From Macrostomum lignano (taxonomy: Eukaryota), in the NCBI GenBank assembly GCA_002269645.1, contig NIVC01003416.1, positions 34,982 to 98,981 on the forward strand: a DNA stretch of 64,000 nt, read 5' to 3'. Below the pieces are notes generated by a model. It had not been told where the DNA came from and did no database searches. It saw only the letters and a program-made list of their open reading frames with translations. Positions 35,649 to 48,094 of the stretch are shown here, one piece after another. Position 1 is the first letter of the stretch. Each line of letters begins with the position of its first letter. Position numbers and translations under genes: made by a program.

Positions 35649-38600
35649 GGCGCATGACCAAGATGGCCACACACCAAGATGGCCACAGCTCTGAATGGCT
35701 GCTTGGATAGGAATAGGTCTATATATTTCCTCATTTCCTATTGGCTGTGATTGGGGTGGGGTATGACCTAGCTTCAAGTCTCGGAGAAGACAGATTTCGT
35801 TAGTGAAATTAGACTAAGTAAAACAAAAAACACTTCCCTTTACAGCAGGTATTACTACCTACTAAAGCTAGTAGCACTACTAGCACAATACATTTGGTTT
35901 TTGGATCATGGATAATAGTTTCAAACCTATCTTTAATATACTAAAACTGACGTGTTGTTTGTATATGTTAAAAGTTAAAGGTAGAGGTTAAAGGTATTAG
36001 TTATGATAGAAGTAAGCAAAAATTGGAGTGCCCTCTTTTCTCTGATCTTTTCTCTCGTCTCTGCACTCTTGTCTCTTGTCTTTTCTCTCTTATCTCTGCT
36101 CTCTCGTCTCTAATCTTTTCTCTCTCATCTCTGCCCTCTCCTCTCTCATCTCTTGCCTTCTCCTCTCCTCACCTCTCTCCTCTCCTCTCTCCTCATCTCT
36201 ATCCTCTCTTCTCTCCTCACCTCTGCTCTCATCTCCCGTTGTTATTTTTCGTTGCAATCTTTTTTTAGTTTCAACATTTTTAACCAACTGCTATGGTTGG
36301 TAACCATGATAACAATCTGGCTTGTAAATAAATAACTCAATATAATGACTTTGCATGCAGCACTTAGCATGAAGCCTCAGATTTATTTATGTAAATATCA
36401 ATTGTACTCTTTATGCACTGCGGCAAATTTGCACAGATATGAGATGCATGTATTTTTCAGCAAGTACATACCCAAGAAATGCAAGGCTTCAACCAAAGTC
36501 TAACAATTCTGAAATCTCGTCAAAATAAGCTGAACCTCTAAATACATGTACAGATACAAGTCTGATACAAACAGAAGAGAGAAGAGATCAGATAGGAGAG
36601 ATAAAAGAGGAGAAAGGAGAGATGAGAGAGCAGAGTTGAGAAATGAGACAGTAGAGCTAGAACAGAGGAGAGAGGAGAGGGAAGAGATTATAGAGACGAG
36701 TGGAGAAAGAAGAGAAATATGTGAGAGCAGACATGAGAGACAATGGGAGAGAAGTGGAGTGAAGGAGAAAGGAGAATAAAGGGGGAGAATCGAGAGGACA
36801 GGAAGAGAGGGGAGGTGAAAGAGTAAAGGGGAGAAAGTTGAGAGAAGAGTTGGGAAAAAAGAGGAGAGATGTTAAAGGAGAGTACAGATAAGAGATGAGA
36901 GAGAGGAGATAAGACAAGAAATAAATAATAGGAGAGAGGGTCGAGATGATAGAGGAGAGAGAATAGAGAATTTCGCACTGACCTACGAGGTGCAAACAAA
37001 CACGAGAAATCAAACTGAAATGTGCTAATTCTAACAGTCCCAGACTTCCATTGTTCCTACAAAATTTTAAACAGCGGGGCAGGACCTCCTGCGGGGCAGA
37101 CCCATAGAAATTTTTCCGGTTTCCAAGATAAATATTGACTTATAGGGAATAAACACATACCGTACAAGCTCAAATTTGAGCTCAAAGTTCGAGCTCAAAT
37201 CCTCTTAATACTAAAACTGACGCGATGTTTGTGTGTGTGTGTGTGTGTGTTGTAAGTGAACTCCTACAATTTTGGCAAGTCAGCGTCGAAACTTTAAATA
37301 TATAAACATCCCCACATGAGCACGGAGTCACAACATAGTTTGAATATAATGGAAAGCGCACGTAAATAAGCGAAAAGCGGTATCCAACGGGGCAACACGA
37401 GCAAACTTTCAATATGCTAATTGGGAGGGGATTAAGCAATCATGGGCTGACTACCATTCTGCCACTCAGCAGGGGTCGAACGGGAGACTAACTCCTAATA
37501 AATAAATTTTCTTAGTCCTATAATCTTTAATAGCATGACACGGCCTTCACACATGGGGGCTCCAAGGCCTCCATGCTCCTTCCAGTGATTTTTTTAGAAT
37601 AGTCTTTGGCTCTTAGCAAAGACAGCGCACTGCCCCCATCCACCAGAAGGTGCATGGGTGGGCACATTCTCGATTGGATATTTTACAACAAAATCTCTCC
37701 TGCGTTGCCTTCTAGCTGGCCTCAGCTGGTACAAGTCGGGCACTTTTTCAAACATAGGCTTCTTTCCTATGTTTGCTATCTATCTTTCCTATCTTTCCTT
37801 CTTTCCTAAGGGGAGAGAGTGGAGACCAGAGATAAATGAGAAGAGAGAGCAAAGATGAAAGAGAAGAGAGGTGAGGGAAGATCGACGAGAGAAGATGGGA
37901 GAGAGGAGATAGGAAAGAAGAGAAGAGAAGAAAGAGAGAAGAGAGAGAGAGAAAACAAAATAGAAGATAGAAGTTTCAAAGGATCCGAGGGACATAGAGA
38001 GAGACAAGAGGCCAGAGATTTTGCCGATACATGTTTTCAAAAGACAAGTTTTTGTTTGAGTATGACTTCAGATTTTAGAACTAGATATAAGCTGAGCTGA
38101 CAGAGAAGATGAAAGTAGAGGCTGAGAGTAGAGAGAGGCTGAGAGTGGAGAGGCTGAGAATAGAGAGGTTGAGAGTAGATAGAGGCTGAGAGTAGAGAGG
38201 CTAGTTCACATTGTTCTCAATCCCATTCCACTATACATGTAGTTTTTATCTAATGTGACTAAGCCAGGTGCTTTTAATGCAGGGGTTGGCAAACTTTTTA
38301 CCTCGATTGAGAACCCAGCTCATGACTGCCCTTCTATAGTCTGCTTCGTTGGCCCCCAAAGCGAAGCGAGGAGTCCTGATGACAGCAGGCCAGAGGTGAG
38401 GAGAGAGGGTAAGGAATAGAGAAGAGAAATACAAGCATAGGATAAAGGAGAGGCGAAGGAATAAAGGAGAAGAGAGTTGATGAGAGGAGAGATTAAATAT
38501 GAGCAGAGAGAGATCAGAGGAGAAGGGAGATTAATGGAGAGGAGAAAGGCGGGAAGGGAGAAGAGAATGAAGAGGAAAAGGGAGATGAGAGCAGAGGTGA

Positions 38601-39148
38601 GGAGAGAAGAGAGGATAGAGATGAGGAGAGAGGAGAGGAGAGAGGTGAGGAGAGGAGAAGGCAAGAGATGAGAGAGGAGAGGGCAGAGATGAGAGAGAGA
38701 AAAGATTAGAGACGAGAGAGCAGAGATAAGAGAGAAAAGATAAGAGACAAGAGTGTAGAGATGAGAGAAAAGATCAGAGAAAAGAGGGCACTCCAATTTT
38801 TGCTTACTTCTATCATAACTAATACCTTTAACCTCTACCTTTAACTTTTAACATATACAAACGACATGTCAGTTTTAGTATATTAAAGATAGGTTTGAAA
38901 CTATTATCCATGATCCAAAAACCAAATGTATTGTGCTAGTAGTGCTACTAGCTTTAGTAGGTAGTAATACCTGCTGTAAAGGGAAGTGTTTTTTGTTTTA
39001 CTTAGTCTAATTTCACTAACGAAATCTAGGTCATACCCCACCCCAATCACAGCCAATAGGAAATGAGGAAATATATAGACCTATTCCTATCCAAGCAGCC
39101 ATTCAGAGCTGTGGCCATCTTGGTGTGTGGCCATCTTGGTCATGCGCC
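35649..39148. mobile_element. 3.5-kb element with ~580-bp terminal inverted repeats and no recognisable ORF
   Basis: 35649-36237 is the reverse complement of 38580-39148, apart from a ~20-bp indel and scattered substitutions. Termini GGCGCATGACC / GGTCATGCGCC. No TSD seen. Confidence 0.8.
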
Positions 39149-41134
39149 AGGCAGCCTTATGGCCATAACATATTTTTTACTATCAATTCAGTAACTTTGA
39201 GGTACTAATGTATTAAGAATATAATTGATTATATAGTCACTAATGTTTTTATCTGATTATGCAAGTACTATAATTTTATCTATAGTTTGTTTCAACCTTC
39301 CAAAGCTTTCCATTTGTTTTTAAAAGGTACACAAACTTAATGATGTCTTTTGCTTATAAAAATGTCCAAATTTTTACAAAAATGACTTTTTGCCAATTGA
39401 TAACATACTAATCCAACATTTTCCCATTCATTTATTCTTAGGACTTAGGTTTTATATATTACAAATTTAAAACATTTGGCAATAAAAATTGGCTGATAAG
39501 GCAATGGCAAGCAAAAATATTGACTTTTTTCCTTTTCCAAATATGTCCATCTTATCTAGAATAAGCCTTAAAATATTTTGCTTATTGCAGTGCAAAAATG
39601 GCGTGTTCAAAACTAAGACATAAAAACCGACAGTAGGGGCCTAGTTTCAAATGAAAAGAAGCAAAAGTTAGCTGATCAACTAACTTTGTTTATTTGAAAT
39701 TCAAAGGATTGTACATGGGTTTACTAGTAGCATATATATCACCTTTGGTTTACAATCATCCAAACGTACATTTCCCATTAAAATGATCATGAGCATAAAC
39801 CAAAGCTGGCTATAGGAAAGTGTGTCAAAAAGTCCCACTCAAGACGTCAAGTAGCAACTTAGAGCTATGTAGCTTTTATATGTATATCACCTTTGGTTTA
39901 CGATTATCCAAATGTACATTTCCTATTAAAATGATTGTGAACCAAAGCTGGCTATAGGATGTCAACCCTTAGTACACTTTTTTATATCCAGCTTTGAATC
40001 ATAATCAATCATTTTAATGGGCAACATACATTTAGGTAATTATAAATCAATATAAACCAGTTTGCTAATATTTGATTTCATTTCATTGGAAACTATGGAT
40101 TTTATGTCTTACAACTGTTTTTTGTGGTGATCATCAATGTTTAAGGTGATCGTCACTGTTTGGGGTGATAGAACCAAAGGAATGCCCTTTGTTCTAGGCC
40201 TAATAATTTTGATATACAAAGCTATCCAACCTAATTTTAAATTGCTTTCATCTTCAATAACAATAATAAAAGTAGAACAAAATAACATTTTGCTAACAAA
40301 AAACTGACCATAAGCTCTGAATTACAGTGTTATATATAGGCCTAGGCCAGTATAATAGACATGCTTTTTTACATATTAATATTAGCTTAAGAAAATCACA
40401 CTTGATTGTAATATAACCTAGGAAATGATAACTTATAGGCCTAGAGCTATAGCCCAAGGTACTAATACTACGATAGAAAGAGATTAGAATATACATCACT
40501 CTTTCAAGGGCACCCACATGCCCTACCTTATATAAAGAATTGGTAGCTTAGGTTATGCTCTGATAGCAAGGTCCCACTATTTTAATCCCAACTGTGGTTA
40601 AGTAGTTTTGAAAATAGGGACTATTTAAAGTCCTTACCTTCAAAAGTTTTGCTTTATTATAATATATGCTTCAATATTTAAATTTCTGCTATCACCCCTA
40701 TGCTAGGCATCTAAAAGGTGTCCTAATAGTACTACAAATAAGGTCTTTTGCATAGGGGGCTTTTAATCTGCACAAGGTTGAGACCTCTGATTTTATCTAG
40801 GTTTGAGATAGAAAAAGCTCAAATAAACAATGATTTAATTCCCATCTGGAAAGCTATAGCATTGTGATTAGAAACAATGAAGAATTGGCTTCTATTGCTT
40901 TAGGTTCTATACATACATACATCCATCTGACCTGTCCAAACCAGACAGGTGAAATGGCCGCTGGCCAAGGTAAGTCACAAAATTGAAAACGCAAAAACAA
41001 AAAATTGGGAGAAGAAAGGAGAGGAAAAGAAAAGGAAAAGGAGGGAGAAGAGAGAGAGGGGGGAAAGAGGAGAAAGAAAGAGAAAGAAAAGAAAAGAGAA
41101 AAAGGCAAGAAAAGTCATATACAAAGTGAAAATT

Positions 41135-41437
41135 AAGTTGCAATTGGGAGGAACTAAGTTGCAATCAGGAGGAACTAAGTTGCAATCGGGAGGAACTAAG
41201 TTGCAATTGGGAGAAACTAAGTCACAATTGGGAGGAACTAAGTCGCAATCAAGAGGAACTAAGTTGCAATCAAGAGGAACTAAGTTGCAATCGAGAGGAA
41301 CTAAGTCGCAATCAAGAGGAACTAAGTTGCAATCGAGAGGAACTAAGTTGCAATCGAGAGGAACTAAGTCACAATCAAGAGGAACTAAGTCACAATCAAG
41401 AGGAACTAAGTCACAATCAAGAGGAACTAAGTCACAC
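41135..41437. repeat. 21-bp minisatellite (GCAATCAAGAGGAACTAAGTT)
   Basis: About 14 copies. Confidence 0.93.
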
Positions 41438-42544
41438 TGGATGGGTGAAATTTTGAGGTTGGGCATGTATGGTTCTATATACAGGTTTTAAAATAACAAA
41501 TCTCCTTATGATCTGCCAATAGCTTTAGTTTTGTATCCTTATAGTGCTAGCTTTCTTGCTAGCCTACATGTTTAAAATATTAATAAATTAAAGCACAATA
41601 ACTGGGTTAGGATTTTCATCTAACAAGGGGCTTAACTATAGATATTACTACTTATTGCAAACTAGAATCAGAATCTAAATGGTCAATCCTAAGATTTTCA
41701 AATCCTAGACAAGTGTGATCCTAGGATTTAGGCCTAATCCTGGGATTCTTAGATCCCAGATTGTATTCCCTAGGTGAGTTTTAACCATAAAAGTGGGAGT
41801 ACCATAGTATACTTGAAAATATGAGAGGGGTACTATAATATAGACAAGAGGGATTACCATAATATACACAAGAAAGGTAAGCTTACTATTACCATAGTGT
41901 ATAGTCTAATATGTATAGACAAGAGAGACACCATAATATAGACAAAAAAGAGCTATACTTAGCAAACTGAAAGCATTGAAGACCTTTTTGAGGCAAAAAA
42001 GGGGTGCCATTATTACTAGCTACAAAGAAGAAGGATAGTTTTCTCTCCCTTTTTATTGGCTTTAAATTGATCTTTATTTTCTAAGTAGGTTAAAAATTGA
42101 ACTTCTAGCCTTTTAGTTATAAGTTTAATGCTTTAACCATTAGCCACTAGGCTACAATTATAAAATAATAGCCTAAAAATTACTAATCTATAAATTGAAG
42201 TATATGATATTATTTACTATTTTCCTTACTCAGAATTTTCTTAATTTGTAGGCCTAATACTTGTTATATAATAAAAATAGCAAAGCACTATATTTTTTAT
42301 ATTGATACTCATTAGACCTACTAATAATAAAAAATGAAAAGCTAATAATAAAAGCAATATTAGGCCTAATATAATAAATTTTAACTGTATATTATTATAC
42401 ATCTGTTTTTTTATAATAGGTTTAAATAGAATGAAGGGAAAATGCTTTATACTTTTTTCAATGTCCAAGAGCTTATTAATAGTACTTATATTAAATGATT
42501 ATCATTTATTTGATAGCAAACAATAATTTAATGCTAAGCTACCA

Positions 42545-45500
42545 ATGCGTAGCATCACAGACTTCTTTAATCGCACTAACAACAAGGCCAACAGTGCTGC
42601 TCCAGTGCATTCAGTTTCTCAAGAGCCAGAGAAGACAAATGAATGTATAGTGATCATTGAGGATGAAGAAGATACTGTCCCAGCTTCTCTGATGACTCAG
42701 AGTCAGAGTCCATTGCATAGTCCTAATGCAAAAGCTGATCATCTCAATGTAGATTCTGTCAGGCAAGAGCCAACAGCTGCTGCCAGTGTCGCTGCATTTG
42801 ATCTGCTTGGCTCTCAAACTAGTAGGGTGCAAGACAATTTGGTGAGTCTCCCATTGCTTACTCGTTTTTTGTGCAAGTGAGCAATTCCCCATTGAGTTGT
42901 CGACTGAGTGAGCAATCCCCCATTGAGTTGTTGACTAAGTGAGCAATTCCCCATTGAGTTGTTGACTAAGTGAGCAATTCCCCATTGAGTTGTTGACTAA
43001 GTGAGCAATTCCTTTTTATTTTATAATGATAATTATTGAGTACTAAAAACTGCTTGCTGATACGAGGTATTTATTTTCACCTGTTCTTACCTTGCTAAAA
43101 GCCAACAGAAGCCTGTCTAATCTCGTCAGACAGCAGCAGCAGCAGCAGCGATGCTTCTGAGAGCTGCCAGTCTGACAGTGGCGCTTCCACCGACGATGAG
43201 AGCAGCTGCTCTCCGCGGCAACCGGCGGATTCCACATGCAACCGGCCGCGCGCAGCCCACATCGAAGAGATCACATTCGACACTTTCCAGTCGGCTGTTG
43301 CCGAGCCGACCTGGCAAAAAAATTCTCCCACAGGAAAAGAAGAAAAAGCAGAACAGAACAAACCGGCCCAGGCGGCGGCGGCGGCAACCAAAATGGCCGC
43401 CCTGTTCGACCCGGCCACCTGGCGGACGCGACGGCGGCCGAAAGACGACTTGCCGTCAAATTCGACAACGTCTCCGGCGACTCAGCAGCCGCAGACTCGC
43501 CGGCACCGGCGACGCCAAGCCTCTCCAACCGCGATGCCGTCAGTGACAACGAAGCCGGCCGAGCCGTCGCCGCCGAAGAAGCCGGCGCCGAGCGCCGCCG
43601 ATCGGGCGCGCTTTTTCGCGTCGGATTTTCGGCCAGCGGCGATGAAGAAGTCGGCAGCGCCAGCGGCAAATCTGGGCGATAAACAATCGGCGCCAACTAA
43701 AGGCCTCGCCTGTCCTTGGCCAGCCAACTGGAATGTTCACGTTGGCTGGAAACCGTTGCCTAGCAACGGTGACGCCGCTGATTATTCATTTCGCCTGCTC
43801 GATGCGGAAGACGCCGCCGAGCCACCGAGTCTGCAGTCGGATTTCGAACCTTCGGATCGCAGCTTGTTCCTGCTGGGCAGCAACGATGACGAACTCGGAT
43901 CCGGTTGCCTAGCAACGGTCTGTCTCGCTCGCCTGTCAACCGACGCCGACGTTCGAGCCGCAGAAATCGCCGCCACCGTCGTCAAAGTCGCCACCGATTT
44001 GCCCGATGCCGATCGTCGATTTTCGACGCTGAAATCGGCGTTGACAGTCGCGACCGGTAGCGGCGACGCTCGGCAGCGCGGCCTCGCCGACCTGCTGGCG
44101 CCAAAAAGCGTCGCCGACATTGTTGACGGTGGCGAAGATCCGCGCCGGCTGGCTGACTGGCTGCACGGCTGGGATCGGCGGCAGAGGCTGCTCCGGCGCG
44201 AGCGGGCCAGAAAGCGCCGGCGAAGGCGAGGCTTTGCCGAGTCCGGCTCAGACGAGGACAGTTACTATGACGACGATGACAGCGACAGCGACAGCGGCGA
44301 CGATGAGGCGGAGGCGAAAGCGGCGCTGATTGAGGGCCCGGGCAAGACTTGCCTGTCCTATGCGCTGGCCGCCGAGCTGGGGCTGCAGGTCTGTGCGCAT
44401 CTTTGGCCCAAAACTCAATAAGCGTTTAGTGTCCCCATATTATAATGGACCCATATTAGGATTGACCCAGATCAGGAATGACCCATTAGGATTGACCCAT
44501 ATTAGGACTAGGACTGACGCATATTAGGATCGACCCATTTTGGGATTGACCCATATTGGGACTGACCTATTAGGATTGACCCATATTAGTACTGACCCAT
44601 TCCTAGAATTGACCCATGTTATTATAGTACTGACCCATTCCTAAAATTGACCCTTATTAGGACTGACCCCTTTTAGGATTGACCCATATTGGGACTAACC
44701 ATTTTAGGGTTGACCTATATTAGGACTGACCCATTTTAGGGTTGACCCATATTGGGACTGACCCATTTTAGTGTTGACCCATGTTGGGACTGACCCATTT
44801 TAGTGTTGACCCATATTGGGACTGACCCATTTTAGGGTTGACTCATTCTAGGACCCATTGATATAATCCTAATGAAAACAATCGCTTTGCAGAATTTTTT
44901 TGCTAAAAGTTCTTGTCTACTGCAAGTAGCATAGTCTGTGCAAGTACAGCTATTTTTATTACCCAGGTCTTCGAAGTGAACACCAACGAGCGTCGCCAGG
45001 GCAAGCAGCTGCTGGACCGGCTGCAGGAGGCCGCTATCTGCAGCCAGGTTGGACGCCAGCGACTTGACGCCGCGCCAGCTACCGCTTCGCCATCTGCCGG
45101 CAACACCTCCGGTAAGAAGCGGCGTTCGGTTGCCATGGCAACAAGTGATCGACGACAATCGAAGCGGCAGCGTCGGGATGGTCCAGTATCAGTGCCGAAG
45201 GTAGTCAACACACCCGCCTTGTCTCGTGTAAGTTGGTGAAACCGTACTGGCTTGCTTTGGAGTTTTGTTCTTTTAACCTTCACTAAGCTCTTTGAGAATC
45301 CCAGATCCCAAATCCTCAAATTCAGATCCCAAATCCTCAAAACCAGATCCCAGATCGTCAAAATCAGGCCCCGAATCCTCAAAATGAAATATAAATCCTC
45401 AAAATCAGACCCTAAAATCCTCAAAATCAGATTCTAAAATCCTCAAAATCAGATCTCAGGTCCTCAAAATAAGATATAAATCCTCAATTTGAATCAGATC

Positions 45501-46707
45501 CCAGATACTAAAAATCAGATCCAAAAATTCTCAAAATCAGATCCTCAAAATCAGATCCCAAATCTCCAGAGCTATCAGTACTATATTATAAAGATCAATA
45601 CTATGCTATATAAGAATCCATCTATCTGTAAAAAACACGCACTCAAAATGCCACCAGGTAACGGTAACCAATGCCTGCCTGCTGCTGTTTGACGACGCTG
45701 ACACCCTGCTGGAGGACGAGGCCGGCTTCCACCGCCTGCTGGCACTGGTCTGCTCCGTCGCCCGCAAGCCCGCCTTAGTCACCGTCCGCAGTGCCGCCTC
45801 GCTCCGTCGCCAGGCTGCCTCGGCCGGGTCCGGCCACCATCTGGCTGCCGCTCCGCTGTTCCGCTTGCGTCCGGCCACTCCGGCCGCCGTGTCCGGATTC
45901 GCCCGGCTGGCCGCCGCCGCTCTGGGCTGGCGGCTTGAAGCGGACGGCGCGGCGGCACTGGCGGACAGCTGCGGCCACAGGCTGGGCCGGCTGCTGCACG
46001 AGCTGCACTATCGCCTGTTCCCCGCCGTGAGCATAGACAGCGAGTCCCAGGCCGTCCAGTTTACCGTGTCCACTGGCGAGCAGCTCGACCGGTCTCCATT
46101 AGCTCGACTGTCGGCCGAGCCTCTCCTACTCGATTCTCCTAGCCAGCCGGATAATCGACTTGACTCGCTCTTGGCGCTCGCCGACGCGGCCGACGCCGGA
46201 CGCCTGGCCGACCGTCTCCGCCTGGGTCGCCGCCTGCCGCAGCCAGACTGCATCGCCGATGGCGTCGCCGACGAATTGCCGACCGACGGCGCCGAGGCCG
46301 CTGTGGATTTTGTTGGCGATTTAGGCGAGCGTTTAGGCAGGCGCTTGCTGACGGATTCGGTTGCCGCGGCTCGGCGCCGGCTGGGCGTTACCATGGCAAC
46401 CGAGCCGGCTAGGGCCGGGACGGCAGACTCGACCGACGCGGCGGTTCCACTCCGGCGCGATCTGGGCCGGCGCGGCGGCCGCTTCGAGACGCTGGACATC
46501 GAGGCCTTCTTGCGCTACACCGCCTGGCTGCACGCGGCCGTCGCCGATGCCGACGCGTTGGCGGCGCCTGTGGCCAGGAGCAGCCGAAGTCGCACCCGGG
46601 CCGGAGCCGGGCCGCTGATGTACACCGACCGCATCGGCATGCTGCTGAGTGGCGAGGCCAAGCGCTACCTGCTGGAGCTGGGCTGCAGGCTCATGAACGG
46701 CTGTTGA
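42545..46707 (+). CDS. ATAD5: ATAD5/ELG1 homolog (large subunit of the PCNA-unloading RFC-like complex); 4 exons, ~964 aa
   Basis: Exons 42545-42841, 43102-44388, 44967-45227 and 45658-46707, all phase 0. Motifs: LADWLHGWDRR; ALIEGPGKTCLSYALAAELGLQVFEVNTNERRQGKQLLDRLQEA (cf. ATAD5 GPTGVGKT..YACAQELGFKIFEVNASSQRSG); Walker B LLLFDDADTLLEDEAGF followed by RKPALVT. The exon-2 acceptor is less certain. Confidence 0.85.
42877..43010. repeat. 31-bp repeat with a donor-like GTGAGC in each unit, ATAD5 intron 1
   Basis: GTGAGC at 42877, 42908, 42939, 42970 and 43001. Confidence 0.9.
44455..44850. repeat. ~20-bp minisatellite (GATTGACCCATATTAG / GACTGACCCATTTTAG), ATAD5 intron 2
   Basis: Visible tandem copies. 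Confidence 0.9.
45295..45565. repeat. Degenerate ~21-bp repeat (AAATCCTCAAAATCAGATCCC), ATAD5 intron 3
   Basis: Visible diverged copies. Confidence 0.85.
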
Positions 46708-46879
46708 ATCAGCGCGTAATATCCGACTGGTAACCTAAACATCTGCTCGAATTTTTTTATCTTTGATCAGAATTTGTCATTGTCGTTAGTTCAGATCTAA
46801 ATCATAAGTATCCATGAATCACATTCAAGTTAGGTCACGTAAGATAATTAAATATATAATTAGATGTAAAGGGGTGAGA

Positions 46880-47620
46880 TTCTTTGAGACAAGATGTGAG
46901 ATTTGATTGGGTGAGATGAGATAGATCAGTTGTCAGATTAGATTGAGTGAGTTAAGATGGATCAGATATGAGATTAGATTGGGTGAGGCGAGGTGAGATA
47001 GTTCAGATTTGAGATTAGATTGGGTGAGATGAGATGATCGGATGTCAGATTAGATTGGGTGAGGTGAGATAGATCAGATCAGATGTGAGATTAGATTTTG
47101 TTAGGTGAAATAAATCAGCTGTGAGATTAGATAGGGTGAGGTGAAATAGATCAGGTGTGAGATTGGGTGAGGTGAGGTGAGATAGATCAAATGAGATTAG
47201 ATTGTGTGAGATGAGATGAGATTATCGGATGTGAGATTAGATTGGGTGAGGTGAGAAAGATCGGATGTGAGATTAGATTGGGTGAGATGAGATTGATCAG
47301 TTGTCAGATTAGATTGAGTGAGTTAAGATGGATCAGATATGAGATTAGATTGGGTGAGGCGAGATTAGATAGTTCAGATTTGAGATTAGATTGGGTGAGA
47401 TGAGATGATCGGATGTGAGATTAGATTGGGTGAGGTGAGATAGATCAGATCAGATGTGAGATTAGATTTTGTTAGGTGAAATAAATCAGCTGTGAGATTA
47501 GATAGGGTGGGGTGAAATAGATCAGGATTGGGTGAGGTGGGGTGAGATAATCGGGTGTGAGATTAGATTGGGTGAGGTGAGAAAGATCGGATGTGAGATT
47601 AGATTGGTTGAGGTGAAATG
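46880..47620. repeat. Degenerate GAGATTAGATTGGGTGAGGTGAGAT repeat
   Basis: Visible tandem copies, some forming higher-order duplications. Confidence 0.9.
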
Positions 47621-48094
47621 CTAGGATGTTCGTGTATGTCTTCCTGTTGTAGTAAGTGAACTCTTGAAAAAAATAAAATGACATGGCAGTAGTAATAATA
47701 CACGTGTCGTGTCAAAATGCCGCAATGAATTGATGGCTTCACAAATTATTTTAGTATCTGGCATTTCTACTTGTAAATATACTTTAAAATAATTGACTGT
47801 CTGTCTAAAATATAACCCATATTTAATTGTCAAGCCGCATTTATATCAATAGCTTCAGTCTGGCTCTGAATATGTACTTTTGCTTTCTAACTTCATTTCC
47901 CACCGTGTCAAATGCCACTGTTAATCATGCGTTTGAAATAGTGCATGTCCGACTGAAAATGCGCATACATGCTAAAACATTTCGCACCGATATTTGAATA
48001 TGCGCCCGTCTGAACTTTTTTTAACAAACGTCAAATCTATTTGAATAATCTCGTTTGATCTGGTTCCTTTATTACAACGCACCAATATCTGGCA

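Noticed and set aside
35641-35650. Kolobok assignment of the long-TIR element from the adjacent TTAA
   Set aside because: TTAA is present on the left side only and is not directly followed by the RR terminus.
42085-42150. Highly eroded tRNA-like SINE head on the minus strand
   Set aside because: Both Pol III boxes are too degenerate to call with confidence.
43151-46618. Overlapping alternative-frame and antisense ORFs across the ATAD5 exons (also over the GPCR, ZC3H3 and LINE)
   Set aside because: These are the expected shadow ORFs of GC-rich coding DNA and carry no independent motifs.
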